Made by a program: the position numbers and the translations under genes. Under the pieces are notes generated by a model. It ran no database searches, was not told where the DNA came from, and was given only the letters and a program-made list of their open reading frames with translations. From Camelus dromedarius (taxonomy: Eukaryota), in contig NC_087447.1 of NCBI RefSeq assembly GCF_036321535.1, positions 44,332,001 through 44,396,000 on the forward strand: a DNA stretch of 64,000 nt. Direction: 5' to 3'. Shown in pieces: positions 12,511 through 25,792 of the stretch. Position 1 is the stretch's first letter. Every line of letters begins with the position of its first letter.

Positions 12511-15167
12511 TCTGTGTTGTTTCTTTAGTTGCCTAGAACCGAGTGGTCTTGATGAAAGCCTTTCTAGGGACAAATACCCTCATTTTGTACTGTTTCTATG
12601 TCACTCTGGGGTAGCTAATAGGATGATATCTTTTCCTCTTGGTGGCTAAGTCTGCCCTCTGTCTTCTGAATCTTTTCATTGAAGTATCATAAAGCATCAT
12701 CTAAATTGGAAAGAAGCATGTTGGTAGTAGCCTATCATCTTTAAATAAGATACCCAAGAGAATGAACCCAAACAAACACCTTTGCAGATTGATAAAAACA
12801 TCTATCTTCCTAATAAAGAAATACATTGCACATTGGCTTAAAATCCCAGTTGGTTTTCTGCTTTAAACATACTTGGGATTCTAATTCAATTTTTGAATTT
12901 TTTTTAATAATAAAACTCTACAGTGCCTGCTCCCCTAGAAGTGACATCTTCCTTCACTTTCCAGTCTCAGTGTTCTGGACAGATTTCTCAAAAAAGAATT
13001 TCTTTGCTCTTGTACCACTCGATCTCTTGTGTTCTTGAACTGTCTTCACATCCTTGATTTGCAAACTGCTACTCTGCTGGAGGGAGAAAGAATTCTGGAC
13101 TGAACTGAATGGTCAGTATACTATAGATTTTGGAGGTAAACTTGTAGGAACAGTACAAAAGGTGTTTGCCTATTTTCAGGTAATAATAAGGTGTTTGCTT
13201 AGGAGGAATCAGGATGGAAACAAAAGTAATAGATGAAATTTGAAAAGGTACACAAGGTGTTTATGTTTAGGGTCCATGATAGGGGAGGTGAGCTATAACA
13301 GAGGGGATTTTATAAGGAAGTCCCAAAGCCATCTCATCACCTCAGAGGTCAAAGTAAGACCCTGAACTTCAAAAGGAGATTCCTCTATCTCACAATACTA
13401 ACAACATGAGGAAGGATGCTGGTCCTGCTGAACCCTGAATCTATGTTAATGTACTAGTGGAAAGGTTTGAGGAGGAGAGGATGTGGAATATGTGGGGTGT
13501 GGAAGAATATTCACCAGCTTCCTCTAGATAAATTCAGACCTTTCATAGTTGGATGGAGGACTTAGGAAGAACTCAGAGAGAAGAGAATTCTCAACCAAAT
13601 GTTCCATGTTTCTCTCATATCATCTGCTCCTTCTCCTCCTCTCTTCTGTTTATGTCATCATCCTTGTCAACTTAGAGTTGGGATCTTTAAGTAGTTGGAT
13701 GATAAAATCCTTAAATTGGAAAGTCCATCTGATCTAGTTCCTTTCATTCATTCAATATTTACTAAGGACCAACAATTTATCAGGCACTTTATTTGCTAGG
13801 AAAATTGCATAGATGTGAAGAGCCCATTACACAAACACCTACAGACATCCGCTGGCAATAACTGATACGTCAAGGAATCTATAACATACTGTGAGTCCAT
13901 GTAAGTGAGGTTTCAGGAAAGGAAACCTTTTATAATCACTTTTACAAGCTACAGGCTGAGGAGGAATATAAGGAGGCTAAGAAAAAAGGGTCAGCATATC
14001 ATAACAGAGAGAGGGAATAGCATTTGAAGGTCAGAACACTGAAACAGCACAAGAATATCCTCCGTGCACGTGTGCCACAGTGAAGTCTAAGCAAGAAGCC
14101 AACCAGAAAAACAACCTCTTATAAAACTGTCTCTTGCTTCACAAAACCAGAATTATAGGTTTAAGCTAAGAAAGACTGGCTGGAAGAACGTCTTTCCCTA
14201 TTGACATCAACAAAAAGACAAATTCAAAAACAATTCTTAGTACTGTTCCTGGTAAATATCTGACTTGAAGTACTTTTGTTTTTGTTGTATTAAAAAGATG
14301 AATGGAGAGAGTAATTAAGGGAAGAAAATAATTAGCTGGTCACATTTATCCAGATTTCTGCAGCAGGAATTTGGACAGGATTTCAGAGAGCAGAAAAACC
14401 AGGACTCTAGTGATGATTTTTAAGACTCAGGATCTTTCCTATCTGCCTTCTCCCCTTTGATTCAGACCCCTGCCTTCCCTCCATCCATTCCCAAGTTACT
14501 CTCCCCCAGGCCACCTGAAGATAAATGTCAGAGATCACACACTGTGCCTACAGATGATGAGCCCCCTTTCTGAAAAACTGCGGGTGGTGAGCGAAAACCT
14601 CAGACCAAGAGAAGCCAAGAGAGACTGAGATTAGCAGAGGGGTGTCGTACTTCATAGGAGATGGTAGGACAAAGCCAATGAACAAGATGGAGCTAAAAAT
14701 TTGGAAGCACATTTGTATAAATTATTTCTCTGTATCATTGCTAGTGTATCTGAAAAATGTCATGGACGTCAATTGGCTTTTTCTGTGGCTTTGGACTTTA
14801 GTGTCAAGCAGACATATACAGAAGAGATACTTCAACTGATTCTAGATGATCCTCTTCTGAAGTACCAATCTTTTAGAGGCACACATCAGACTATTAGAGG
14901 CCAGGATAATCTAGGTCCAGAGGTAGTACTGAGACTTCAGCCAGGACGCCAGTGTCAGCAAGTACAGGAACCCAGGCCTGGCCGGCGGAACAGATCAGTT
15001 GTGGGTGTACTTACATGTAAGAGTACTTCAAATATAGAAGGGAGTGGGTGAGTTATAAAGCCTGAGGGACTAGAGAATCTGAGAAACAGAGCAGTGAGGT
15101 CTTGACTCTATTTATCAAGACTTCCAGACTCCACTTAATTTCCTTAAAACAGAGACAGAGCCCTTAC

Positions 15168-15680
15168 CTCAGATGGGGAGGAGCTTAGCCACCTAAGCAC
15201 ACCTACTGCCCTGTGATCCTTTGAGGGATGAAGATGTTCAAGAAGATGAAGATAGAGAAGGTGGCTCTTCTGGTAGGGTAGGATGTAGATATGTGTGTCT
15301 GAGATTAGAGATCAAAGACCCCTCCAGTCACTAGCATTGCAAGGCCTCTCTCAGGGTAGAAATGGATGCAGACAGGCAACTGAGAACCTGGAGCAGGATC
15401 CCAGGGAAGCAAGGAGCTAAATCTCTGCTAACTTCCCTTGTCCATTCTCCTTGTGAGAAAGCCTTCACAGCCTTGGCGTCATTTTGGCTGAGTTCTTGAG
15501 TCCAGGGACTCAGACTTTCATGTATTCCTATCCTGCTGGGATCCATGATAAAAGATGAGCACAGCAGGCACTGGGATAAAAAGGTATGAGAGATGCTGCC
15601 CAAAGGAGATGCTACACCAGCCTCACTGTCCCTGGGGCCACAGTGAAGTGGGGCCCTGTCCTGGGGGAGGCATCATGGTC
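15168..15680 (-). promoter_or_regulatory. Predicted promoter and 5' non-coding exon of the OR2AG gene at 11566-12510
   Basis: Donor GAG|GTAAGG at 15168/15167. O/E-like sites CCCAAAGGAG (~15599) and TCCCTGGGG (~15629). Homologous to 5310-5875. Confidence 0.55.
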
Positions 15681-16549
15681 TCATCCTCTTAGTTGACATG
15701 ACCTCCCCTGAATATGTTGCTCCAGGAAACAAGATTTTAATGAATCTCCCAGGCATTTCTCCTCGCCTCCAAGTCTTGCAAACTTGACCCACTAAATAAG
15801 CTCTGAGGCCTGAGGGCTTTTCCCCCCATATGGATTTAGTGAGGCTGTTTCCAAAGCGCTGACTAAAAAGAGTCAGTGAATTACCTAAGAAGCAAGGGCC
15901 CCTGGCTAGCTCTCTGTCCAAATTATAAAGTAGGTGTTATGGGTGCTGTCAACACTGCCACTCCCCATCTCCCAATTTGTGCCTCTAGCCTGGGCTATTG
16001 CCAGCTAGAGGGAACTGAACTTGGCAGCGCTTCTGTTCATATCAAGCCTTCCTTCCTTGACCTTCAGTTAGCATCAAAGCCTGATTTATTGGACGTTTCT
16101 ATACCTTTAAGTTATTTGTTACTCTTTTTTCTCCCGTTAATGCATAAGCACACATATATGCATGAATGCATACATGTCTCTGCTCTCTGTGTCCTGTGGG
16201 CTCAGCTGCTCAGAGCTCTGGGGTGATGACCCAGCACCTGCCTCTCCCTATCACTCTTTAATTCATGCCATTGTCTCATCCAACTTTTTTTTGCCAGGTC
16301 CTCCTCATGCTTTAGTCTCTCTATAATCACTTATTTTCCAGTTAGTTCTGAAACTGCTGCTGAAGTTATATATTCTTTCTTTGAACTTCAAGAAAATAAA
16401 GATAAGTTTTCATTTTCTGATTATAAAGAGAATACCCTCAAGAAAATGATTGTACCAGTACCAGAAAAGAAAGAAAATACAAGCTCTTTTAATTTTTCTT
16501 ATTGTAAAATAAACTTACCTAAAAGAAGGTTTTAGACATATAAAATGTA

Positions 16550-16980
16550 AGAGCAACACTATTCACAACAGGACAAAAGCTAGAAATACCCCTTAGGTCC
16601 ATCAATAGTGGAATGGATAAATTTTAACACTAAGAGGTATCATACAGTAATCAAAACAAAGGAACCAGAAGGACACACAAATGAAGCAAATAACTCAAGA
16701 ATCTAATATTAAGTGGAAAAAACAGTCCTAAAGATGATTTATCATGATACGCCTTTTATAGAGTTAAAAACTCAAAAGAAAAAATCTTGTTTGAAGAATA
16801 CCTCTGTGGATTCAGTAAAACTATGTAAAATAGAGCAAAGGGAATGATGGACATAGAATTCGGAATAACAGTTACTACACTGAAAGGAGGCAGAGAGAAG
16901 GATGGTGGTGAGCCAAATAAGGATATAATTGGGATTCTAGCTTTTGTTTTGACTGGTGAATTTATGGTAATAATGAATTT
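16550..16980 (+). mobile_element. Ancient L1M 3' fragment
   Basis: gcaacactattcacaacagg...gtccatcaatagtggaatggataaa, typical of the L1 ORF2 end and 3'UTR. Confidence 0.7.
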
Positions 16981-17289
16981 AGTCCCTACATACCTGACTT
17001 TCAATCTTGCTCTTAACTTCATAGATAAAGATAGCACAGGTGTTTAAATTCTTCAGACATTTATTATCTTATATAGGAACTATCTTCACTCTTCAGCCTT
17101 TTAATTCAGAGGCATAAGTATGCCTTCTCCACTTTAGAGTTGACTTCTCCAATTATTACTCATATTCTGTCTTTCTTATCTTCACTGCCTGCTCTATCCC
17201 TCTGCTCCTTCACTGACATGTTCTTGTATCATAAGCTCTCCTGTAATCCTCTGATTTAACTCCTGAATATAATCAAGATTTCCCTGTGC

Positions 17290-17309
17290 AAAAAAAAAAA
17301 AAAAAAAAA
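17290..17309 (+). repeat. poly(A) tract
   Basis: A20. Confidence 0.9.
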
Positions 17310-19008
17310 CCTTTCATTTTCTTTTCCTTTCAGACCATTTCTCTAACTTCCTCCAATTTTTTGCAATAAATTTCTTAAAAAGCGTTTATAAGGGAGGGAT
17401 CTGGGATATCTACACACCAACTCTCCTCAGTAATCAATTAGGGCTTGGTTGGTGCATGGGACATTAAGTCCCTGGGCCATTCTGGCCTTCTGGGCAAGTG
17501 GGAAGAACTGACATGTCAGCCAAAGAAAGTCCTGATGCAAAAGACACAGATATTGGTGTTGGAAGTCAGCATGCCCTGAAACAATAAGGGGCAAAAGCAT
17601 ATGTGTAGGGCACTGCCCTCATTTGCTACATTGTAAGTTAAAAGGAGGCCTTTAGGGTAGACCCTAATTCAGTCTAACTGGTGTCCACTCTTTTCCCACT
17701 GGAAGAATCTCTCTTTCCATCCTCACCCCAGTTCAGTGATTACTTTTTCCTGCCCCCAAATATTTTTGGTGGTTGTTCACACCAGCCACTTTTAGTACCA
17801 AATCTTATAATGGCATTTTTGTAACTCCTGTCCCGGTCATCAAATTAAACTAAAGTTTCTATATTTGGTCTAAATGTTATGTTGTCTTTCTCCAGCCTTC
17901 TTGGGCTAACAGCTTTTTATACATCCATAGTACTAGAAAGCAGTCTGGCAGCAATGTTACTCAGATTCCTTTCACTGGGGGCTTGGTGGAATGTGTGAGG
18001 GAAAAGAAGCCCCATTCAAAGCAATGAGCCTAATCCTTGTTCCTTGTGTGCATGGAGCAATTTAAAGTCTTACTACCTCACCATCACTGTATGCTCTCGT
18101 ATGTAAAAAAAGAGAGAGAAACAGAGAATTCTGACAGGATAAAAATCAAAATGTTGGCAGGACTTATTTCTCGAGTGGGGGATTAGATGTGATTTTATTT
18201 GTATTTTTAAAATACTTCTCATATTATCCCTTCTGTAATCAGAAAAGGAAACGTTTAAGTTTATTTCTTAGTGTGGATCTCACCTCCCCCGCTTTCAGAA
18301 AAGAAACAAGAGCAATACATTTGAAAGCACTCCCACAATGTATTGGTTGAGTGTGAGACTGCAGAGAGAAGGATGAGGAGGGTGTGGAAAACGATTAGGA
18401 GACGGATGAGACTGGCCTGAGATAAAGTGGTGTTTAGTCAGAGAGTGAGCAGGAATCAGTCAGTGCTATTGGCAGAGAATTTCACACAGATAAGCTTTGC
18501 CTGTCTCAGACAACAGACACACTCACGCACACAGACATTTCTTCCTGAAATAGTTTTCTCTAGGCATTTTCTCTGCCCCATTGCTGCTCGCTGAAATCAT
18601 ATCCCCTACTAATAAATCGACCTCTTTTCAGTAGAGTCACTTTCACAAAACATTCCTGATCTTCAAATAAGCTATTGTCCTTGCTTTTGATCCCTACAGT
18701 ATTTTTATTTCATCTTAAAATATTCCTTCTTTATTTAACCTTTAAAACAATTACCTTTATATTTGTGTTATCCTGTGGATTTCAAGTTATTTTAAGAAAG
18801 ACACTGTTTTACTTGTATTGTGAGGTTCTGGGTGCGCTGTTCGCGCAGAGCAGGCATTTAATGAATACCTGTAGGGAAGAAAATCAACTGAAGAGAAATA
18901 AAACAAAGAGAGGAAAGGTCACCTGGGGCTAGTAGATCTATTGTTGTCAATCACAACGCCCTAAGTACTTTTTTGAAAATGTCAGAAATCACTGCCTCTG
19001 AACATGGA

Positions 19009-19932
19009 CTATCGGCCCGCCAGCTTCCTCAGAGCCCCTTTCACATCCTTGTTCCTCAGGCTGTAAATCATGGGGTTCAACATGGAAGTCATAACAGAAT
19101 AGAACACAGAGATGACCTTATCCTTTTCACTCATTGTCTTGGAATTGGGTCTCATGTAGGCAAATATTCCAGAGCCATAGTAGAGAACCACAACAGTGAG
19201 ATGGGAGCCACAAGTAGAGAAGACCTTGAGTCTCCCCTCCCCTGACTGCGTCCAAATCACAGTGGAGATAATATTCCAGTAGGAGACCAGGATGAGGGAG
19301 ACAGGTGCCAAGAGAATAATTACACCCATGGCAAAGAGGGCCACCTCAGCATCGTAGGTGTCAGCCGAAGCCAGCTTCAGGAGGGCAGGAGGTTCACAAA
19401 AATAATGATTAATTACATTCTGTCCCTGGTAGGGCAGACACAGTGTAAATGCACTGTCCACTGAACAGACAAATGCCCCACTGATCCAGGACACTATGGC
19501 CAACTGGACACAAACCCTCTGGGTCATGATAGTAGAATAGTGCAGGGGCTTGCAGACAGCCACATAGCGGTCATAGGACATCACCGCCAGCAGTGCACAC
19601 TCCGTACACCCTACCAGGAGGAAGACAACTAACTGGAGTGAGCACCCAGCAAAGGAAATGGTTTTCTTTTTTACCAGGAAGTGGGCCAACATCTGGGGAA
19701 CGATGCTTGTAGAGAAACAAAGGTCAGCAAAGGACAAGTTTTTGAGGAAAAAGTACATGGGAGTGTGAAGTCGAGAATCAGTTTGGATAAGGATTATAAT
19801 GAGCAGGTTTCCAAATACAGAGAGAAGGTAAACGATCAGGAAAACACAGAACAGCAAGATCTGAATCTTTGGATCCTGCGATAATCCCAGCAAGATAAAT
19901 TCAGCCACAAAAGTTTGGTTTCCTTCTCCCAT
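19009..19932 (-). CDS. OR2D3: Olfactory receptor 2D3-like, intact 307 aa
   Basis: MGEGNQTFV...[11 protein letters not shown]...[13 protein letters not shown]...STCGSHL...[20 protein letters not shown]. Splice acceptor ctctctttctaatggcag| at 19953-19954. Confidence 0.93.
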   Translation of the reverse strand: MGEGNQTFVAEFILLGLSQDPKIQILLFCVFLIVYLLSVFGNLLIIILIQTDSRLHTPMYFFLKNLSFADLCFSTSIVPQMLAHFLVKKKTISFAGCSLQLVVFLLVGCTECALLAVMSYDRYVAVCKPLHYSTIMTQRVCVQLAIVSWISGAFVCSVDSAFTLCLPYQGQNVINHYFCEPPALLKLASADTYDAEVALFAMGVIILLAPVSLILVSYWNIISTVIWTQSGEGRLKVFSTCGSHLTVVVLYYGSGIFAYMRPNSKTMSEKDKVISVFYSVMTSMLNPMIYSLRNKDVKGALRKLAGR

Positions 19933-20629
19933 TGATGTTTATTGTTGTTTACCTGCCATTAGAAAGAGAGCAGATGCATTCTGAATGTTTGATTTCACAA
20001 GCTTTATAAACAAGCGCAATGTTAACCTTGGTGGACTATTTGCTTTCAGCTGCTTCCTAACAGGTGCCAGTTAGCATTAGGATGCATGTTGTTGTTTTCA
20101 CCAATTTACATAGGTTTTTCCTTGCTTTTTACACGTTTTTCCTTGCTTGATCCACTTGGTAGGCTGAGTATCATACTATAAATGGCTTCTTGACTAATCC
20201 TGATGTCAACATAATTTGTATATTGCTAAATTACTGTGAAGATGCATTAAGGGAATTGTCTTTGGTTCAATTTCATTTTTTCTTCCCAATAAATATTTTG
20301 TACTCACCTGGATTAGCAGTCTAAGAATGAAGTGAACTTCTTTAGTCAATAAAAAAACACTTTGGCTTTTATATTTCAAAATTAAAAAAAAATAGAGGTT
20401 AATGTCAATGTCAATGTCCATGGACTATATCCTGACCCTTGTACAAATATTTCACATGATAAAAAGTAGTATAAAATATGAATGAACTTAATAAATGAAA
20501 TATAATGAGATTTTCATGCCCAGGGCCTTGTTCTAGTGAACAAAGCCAGGACCAAGCAAGAGCTTGAACTTCTGAACTGGATATTAGCATATTTCACAGC
20601 CCCATGACACAATCTCAGCTTGCCCCTGA

Positions 20630-21270
20630 TCTTAGCTTCAGCTATGGTGGGCGGTTCTGATTCCCCTGGCAGCACTAACATGCTACCTCAGAGAGCTCCT
20701 GCCTGTCTTTAAGCATTCTGCTCAGGGTGCTGGAAGTCTGAGCAAGTTAATGCCTGAAAGGCAGCCACTGCCCAACCAATGGGCAATGGGAGTTGATGAA
20801 TAGATGCACCAGCCATCTCTGGGATGCACTCTGTATGCTTCTCAGAAGTTGGGTTCTTAGGGTTAAGCCCCCATTGTCCAGGCCGTGTTTACCACCACCA
20901 CCACCACCACCACCACCATGACTACTACAACTATTGTTTCCCCTAAAGAGCTTTTTAGAATTTTTTCCCTAATTCATTCCTCATGAAATTTTAATGGCAC
21001 AGATATACTGTATATCTATTTATGTACTCCCCTTTGGAGGCTCACAAACCATTGCAATATCTAAGATTTCTTTCTCTTTCCAAGAACCTTGGGGTCTATA
21101 TTGCCCCCACAGAGAATGCATGGTCTACAGAAACAGCTCCAATAATCCACGCTTTATTTGTGTTTAATTGTTTCCTGTCTCACTCTTACTGCTTTCTTTC
21201 CCAAGTTCCTGAAATCACTTTTAAAATAAACTACCTGCACGCAAGCTCTTAGGCTCTGCTTTCTAGGACT
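20630..21270 (+). mobile_element. LTR16-like ERVL LTR, interrupted
   Basis: 3' end aaataaactacctgcacgcaagctcttaggctctgctttct resembles the LTR16 terminus. (CCA)n at ~20891-20917. Confidence 0.6.
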
Positions 21271-21902
21271 ATAAAAGTATGGGACGTGAGATGGAAGTCT
21301 GATGAAGGCACTATGGCTAGGCTGCCTTCTTCAGCCAGGGAGCCCCAGCTGTGTCTGATGATAACAATGAACATTTACTGGGCGCTAGCAAAGCCAACAT
21401 GCATCAAAGGTCAATTTGAATCTGGTGCCATTGGTGACTATACAGTTATCACACCTTTACCTTTAAGACTCAGATTTCTGGATTAGATTTGCCATGTAGA
21501 AGACTTCGTGAGAGATATAGGAGCCTAACTATTGTGTCAAGGGCCTTGTCTGAGGGTAGTAGAGCATGCTACTACTAACACTGGTAACAGTGGTAATTGA
21601 TAGATTTAAATTACCTAAAATCCATAGCAAGGCTGGCTTCAAGTGAGATTCTATCCAAACACTCCACGTTATAGCCTCCTACATAGTCTTCATTGTCAAC
21701 TGCATCCTAGCAAGTATGAGGGCTATGTGATTTCTTGCTCTCATCTAACAATAAAAATAGTTTCTTTGCAACAACATTCCCACCAAAGGTACTGAAGGAA
21801 AGTCAGATGTAGAATAGGGTCAGATTTCCTGCAAAAATACATATCCACAAAAAAATCAGGGAATTTTGAGCAAAGAAAAAAGGATTTAAAAAAGATAGCC
21901 AA

Positions 21903-21949
21903 TAAAATTGACGCAACATTGTAAACTGACTATACCTCAATAAAAAGAT
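21903..21949 (+). mobile_element. 47-bp extreme 3' end of an L1
   Basis: aaattgacgcaacattgtaaactgactatacctcaataaa between perfect 14-bp TSDs aaaaagatagccaa (21889-21902 / 21950-21963). Confidence 0.85.
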
Positions 21950-22382
21950 AAAAAGATAGCCAACAAATATCCAAATCAGCTGTATATTTTCCACTTTATT
22001 TTACAACACTTGCCAGACTCCAATGCAAAAATCTGATGAAGAGAACACACACAGTGGCAAAAAAAAAATAATTTAACAGAAAGTACAAAGAATTCTTTTT
22101 TGGTCTTGGGATAAGAAAAAAAACTAATTAGGACACCAGATTCTTTGGCCACAAAGATAGGCATCTGACTACATGTTTGTTGCTTCACTTATTCAAGGGG
22201 CAATCATCAAGTGTCATATTCTAAAAAAGCATCATTACTTTTAAAGAAATGGTGACAAAGGCAGAAAGCTTCTTTTTCTGTTTTTTGGAGCTGTCAATAC
22301 AAGTTGAATTTCTTTTGCTTTTCTTGATTTTGGTTTTACCTCCATTTATTATACCCAAATATGTTAAAACATCCTTTATATT

Positions 22383-22384
<2 letters not shown>

Positions 22385-22422
<38 letters not shown>
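22385..22422. repeat. (CA)n microsatellite
   Basis: Direct inspection. Confidence 0.95.
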
Positions 22423-22425
<3 letters not shown>

Positions 22426-22429
22426 TTTC

Positions 22430-25140
22430 TTTGGTCCTGCTATTCCTTCTAGCCACTGCCCAATTTTTCTTTTCATTTTGCTGCCAAACTTTTCAATCAT
22501 TTCTTTTCTTTCATTTATGACTAAAAGTTCTCATCCATTGTTTCTCTTTTTATCCATTTCCGCTATAACTCCTATTCCTATGACTCTACTGAAACTGCCA
22601 TTCCAAAATCTTTCATAATTTGCTACTCACCTAATATGACCCTTTTCAGGTGCATTCTTTTTTTTTTTTTAAGGTGCATTCTTAATTGTTTGTTTTGGCC
22701 ACTGTTTGACACTCCTCAAAACTCTTCTCCATTTGGTTCTGTTAAATCTAAATATAACTTCCTGAATCTGAAGTCATTTATTAACTTTATTTGGTCTCAT
22801 GTATATTCCAGTTGTTAGGGTAAGTTTGAGAAAAAGCACAACAAATGCAAAAGTTTCTTATTACAGCCAGTGCTTCCACCAATATTGGCTTCTTTTCTTT
22901 ACTTTTTCCTTGTGTCATTCCAGTATTCCCATCATAGCCAGGGGAACATTATTCTTCTCAAGCTCCCTGCCCTAACTCAGCTCAGTTCAACCTCATCAAC
23001 CAGGAGTTTCTCTTTGATCACATCACAGAGAAATGCAAGACCTCAACATAAACAGGTTCAACCGCTTACCTCTCCAGACACAGATCCCTACAAACATACA
23101 ATAATCCATCATTTCCCCTCAGGGGAAGAGTTGTCTCAGCTATAATAAGAGTATTCCCTTGTGTTCCTAACTCCAAGTATTTCTTCTCTGGCTATTTTCC
23201 CAACAATTACATAACCTCTTTTTTTTCTTTGACCTTCCCTATCTCCTGTGCTTTTGGCTTTTCCTTCAACAAAGGAATAAATATATTTATCTTCTTACCC
23301 TCCTCTCTAAGCTTCTCAAAATAGTGTTTTTAATTTCTCTGATAAGTCTGCTCTGCACAATTCAAAGTGACCTTTCAATGCCCAAGATTATTGATTTTGC
23401 CTTTGGTTTTCTTGCTTGATCACGCAGTCATATTTAAAACTAGAGATACTCTTGAAGCTGTATTCTCCCTTGCCTGCTCTTAGACCTTTTATCTTCTGAT
23501 GACATCTCCTTTTCTTTTCCTTTATCATATTTTTCCTTTTGCCTATTATTTAATATTGGCATTTTCCTTTTCCCTTCACTTTCTGAGCTTACACCCTCTC
23601 TCCGCGTGACCTCATCTGCTCCTCTGACTTCAGCTATCATTTAGTTGTTGATATTTCCTAAATCTCTATATGCAACTGAGGTTTTTTTCTTTCAGAGTCC
23701 TGATTCACATATCAGACTTTCTACTGGACCTCACTGACAGTTCCCTTATATATATAATAGAAATAATAATGACAAAAGTAATGATTATAATGATGACTTT
23801 CACAGCAATGGAATAAATCTTGTGGACAACTTGGTTTGAATCTGAGCTCTATAAATTAATAAATAGATCATCTTGAGCAAGTCATTTAAGGCACATAAGC
23901 TTTAGTTTCTGCATCTGTAATATAAGGATATTAGTATCTAATTTCTCTCTTTACTATAGAGATTAAATGAAATAATTCATAAAAACACAGTTATTATTTG
24001 GTACATGACATTTTAATTATCTAAAATAATAATAAATATGTATTACTTCATGCACACATATGAACCAATCACTTTACATGCATTTTCTCATTTAACTTCC
24101 AATTTAAGATGACCAAAATTGAAACTGTTACACATCTCTATTTTTTCTACCACTTATTTTCTAAATAAACGCTCCTTTTTCCCCTTATATTGTTATGTCT
24201 ACTAAGTCACTCTCTCAGGCTGAAAACGAGTCATTTTCTCTTCCTTCTTTTTCTTTCCATCAACAGGACAATTTAAATGGTCCCTGGATTTTATCTCAGA
24301 AGATCTCAAATCTCTCTCCTCTCTATTCCTAGCACCACTATTTTCTGGCCCCATGCTTTCTACTTGTCATACCTCTTATGATCTCTCTGCCTCCTGTACT
24401 GCTCTTTCAAATAATAAAATAATCTTCAGAAAATGCTAATTGTATTATTTTGCATTCCCCATTAAACCCCAATTCAACAACTCTCCATTGTTTATAGTCA
24501 AATGCATAATCATTTCTTGTAGCTTCCTGCCTGTGGTTATGAGGAAACTATGAAGGGATGGGACACAGAGTCAGTAAAGGACGGTGGGTATCAGACAGAG
24601 TCCGGTTGTTGGAAGATAAAGTTAATGTGGGAGATTATCACCCTAGAGATTTTAGGGTAAGAGTACTAATTTTTTTCCTTCTGCGTAGAATCTGATCCCT
24701 GCAGTCCTAGAGCATCTCTGCCTGACTACAGAGGCCTGCAATGCCATCTCTCCCCACTCCCTAACTCTTAACTCATGCCCCTCATAGGTAAAGTGACATA
24801 AAGCTGTGCATTTGCCTGGACCCTTTCTTGTATTGAACTTCACTTCTTGCTTTACCAACTAGATAAACTCCTAGTCATCCTTCAATAATCTGCTCTAATA
24901 TCTTCACCCAAGCTTTCATGGACTCCATTAAGCTAAGTTATTTTCTGTTTTTCTGCTCCTCTAGATTTCATTCCCGCCACTATTAATACATTTTCTATCA
25001 TACAATATATACTTATTTTCAAGCCACTCTGTCTTTTTCTATTTCATGAATTATTTGAAGATAAATACCATCAGTTTCATATCCCCATTGCTTGACACAG
25101 ATAAGTTTTTCAATAAATACCTGTTGAGATAATCAATAAA
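22430..25140. mobile_element. Degenerate L2 fragments, with an embedded MIR (~23820-24020)
   Basis: L2-type segments (tctactgaaactgcc, tgacctcatctgctcctctgacttcagctatcat, ttttcaataaatacctgttgag); boundaries approximate. Confidence 0.6.
24513..24704 (+). repeat. ~190-bp direct duplicate of 25528-25718
   Basis: Both copies run from tgtagcttcctgcctgtggttatg to gtagaatctgatccctgcag, roughly 85-90% identical by eye. Confidence 0.9.
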
Positions 25141-25527
25141 TGTATATCCCTCATTATCACATATACAAATTTAAACATATTTTCACTCATATACCACAAC
25201 ACGAACACTTATTCAACCAGGAACAACAAAATGTGAGGTAAGTATATAAGACACAATATCTATTAGCAGTGAACCCACAGAAATGACCAGCAGGAAAGAT
25301 GAGGCATGCTTACCTGGGCATGGGAGTAAGTAAAGTTGTAAAAACAATAGGTCTTTTTCCTTCCCACCCTGAGCTCAAGAAGAAGCAAAGATTACAAAGT
25401 GGGCAAAGCTCCTACCTCCCATATGAGTTGTGACAGAGGTGATAGGGCAAGGTATTGGGCCTTACAGCAGCAAAACTCCTCAAACAGCTGACGTATTCAT
25501 CTCAATTTCTAGACCCAGGGCCACAGG

Positions 25528-25718
25528 TTTCCTGTAGCTTCCTGCCTGTGGTTATGGGAAAAATATGAAAGGATGGGACACAAAGTCAGTAAAGGATGGT
25601 CAGTATCTGACAGAGTCCAGTTTTTGGAAGATAAGGTTAATGTGGGAGATTATCACACTAGAGATTTTAGGGTGAAAATACTCATTTTTTTCCTCCATGT
25701 AGAATCTGATCCCTGCAG
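25528..25718 (+). repeat. ~190-bp direct duplicate of 24513-24704
   Basis: See partner copy. Confidence 0.9.
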
Positions 25719-25792
25719 GCATCTTGAAACAGGATTTCTATACTGAGTTTTATGTGAGGAGAGTTAAAGATAAGGCCTCTGCAAAGAAGAAA

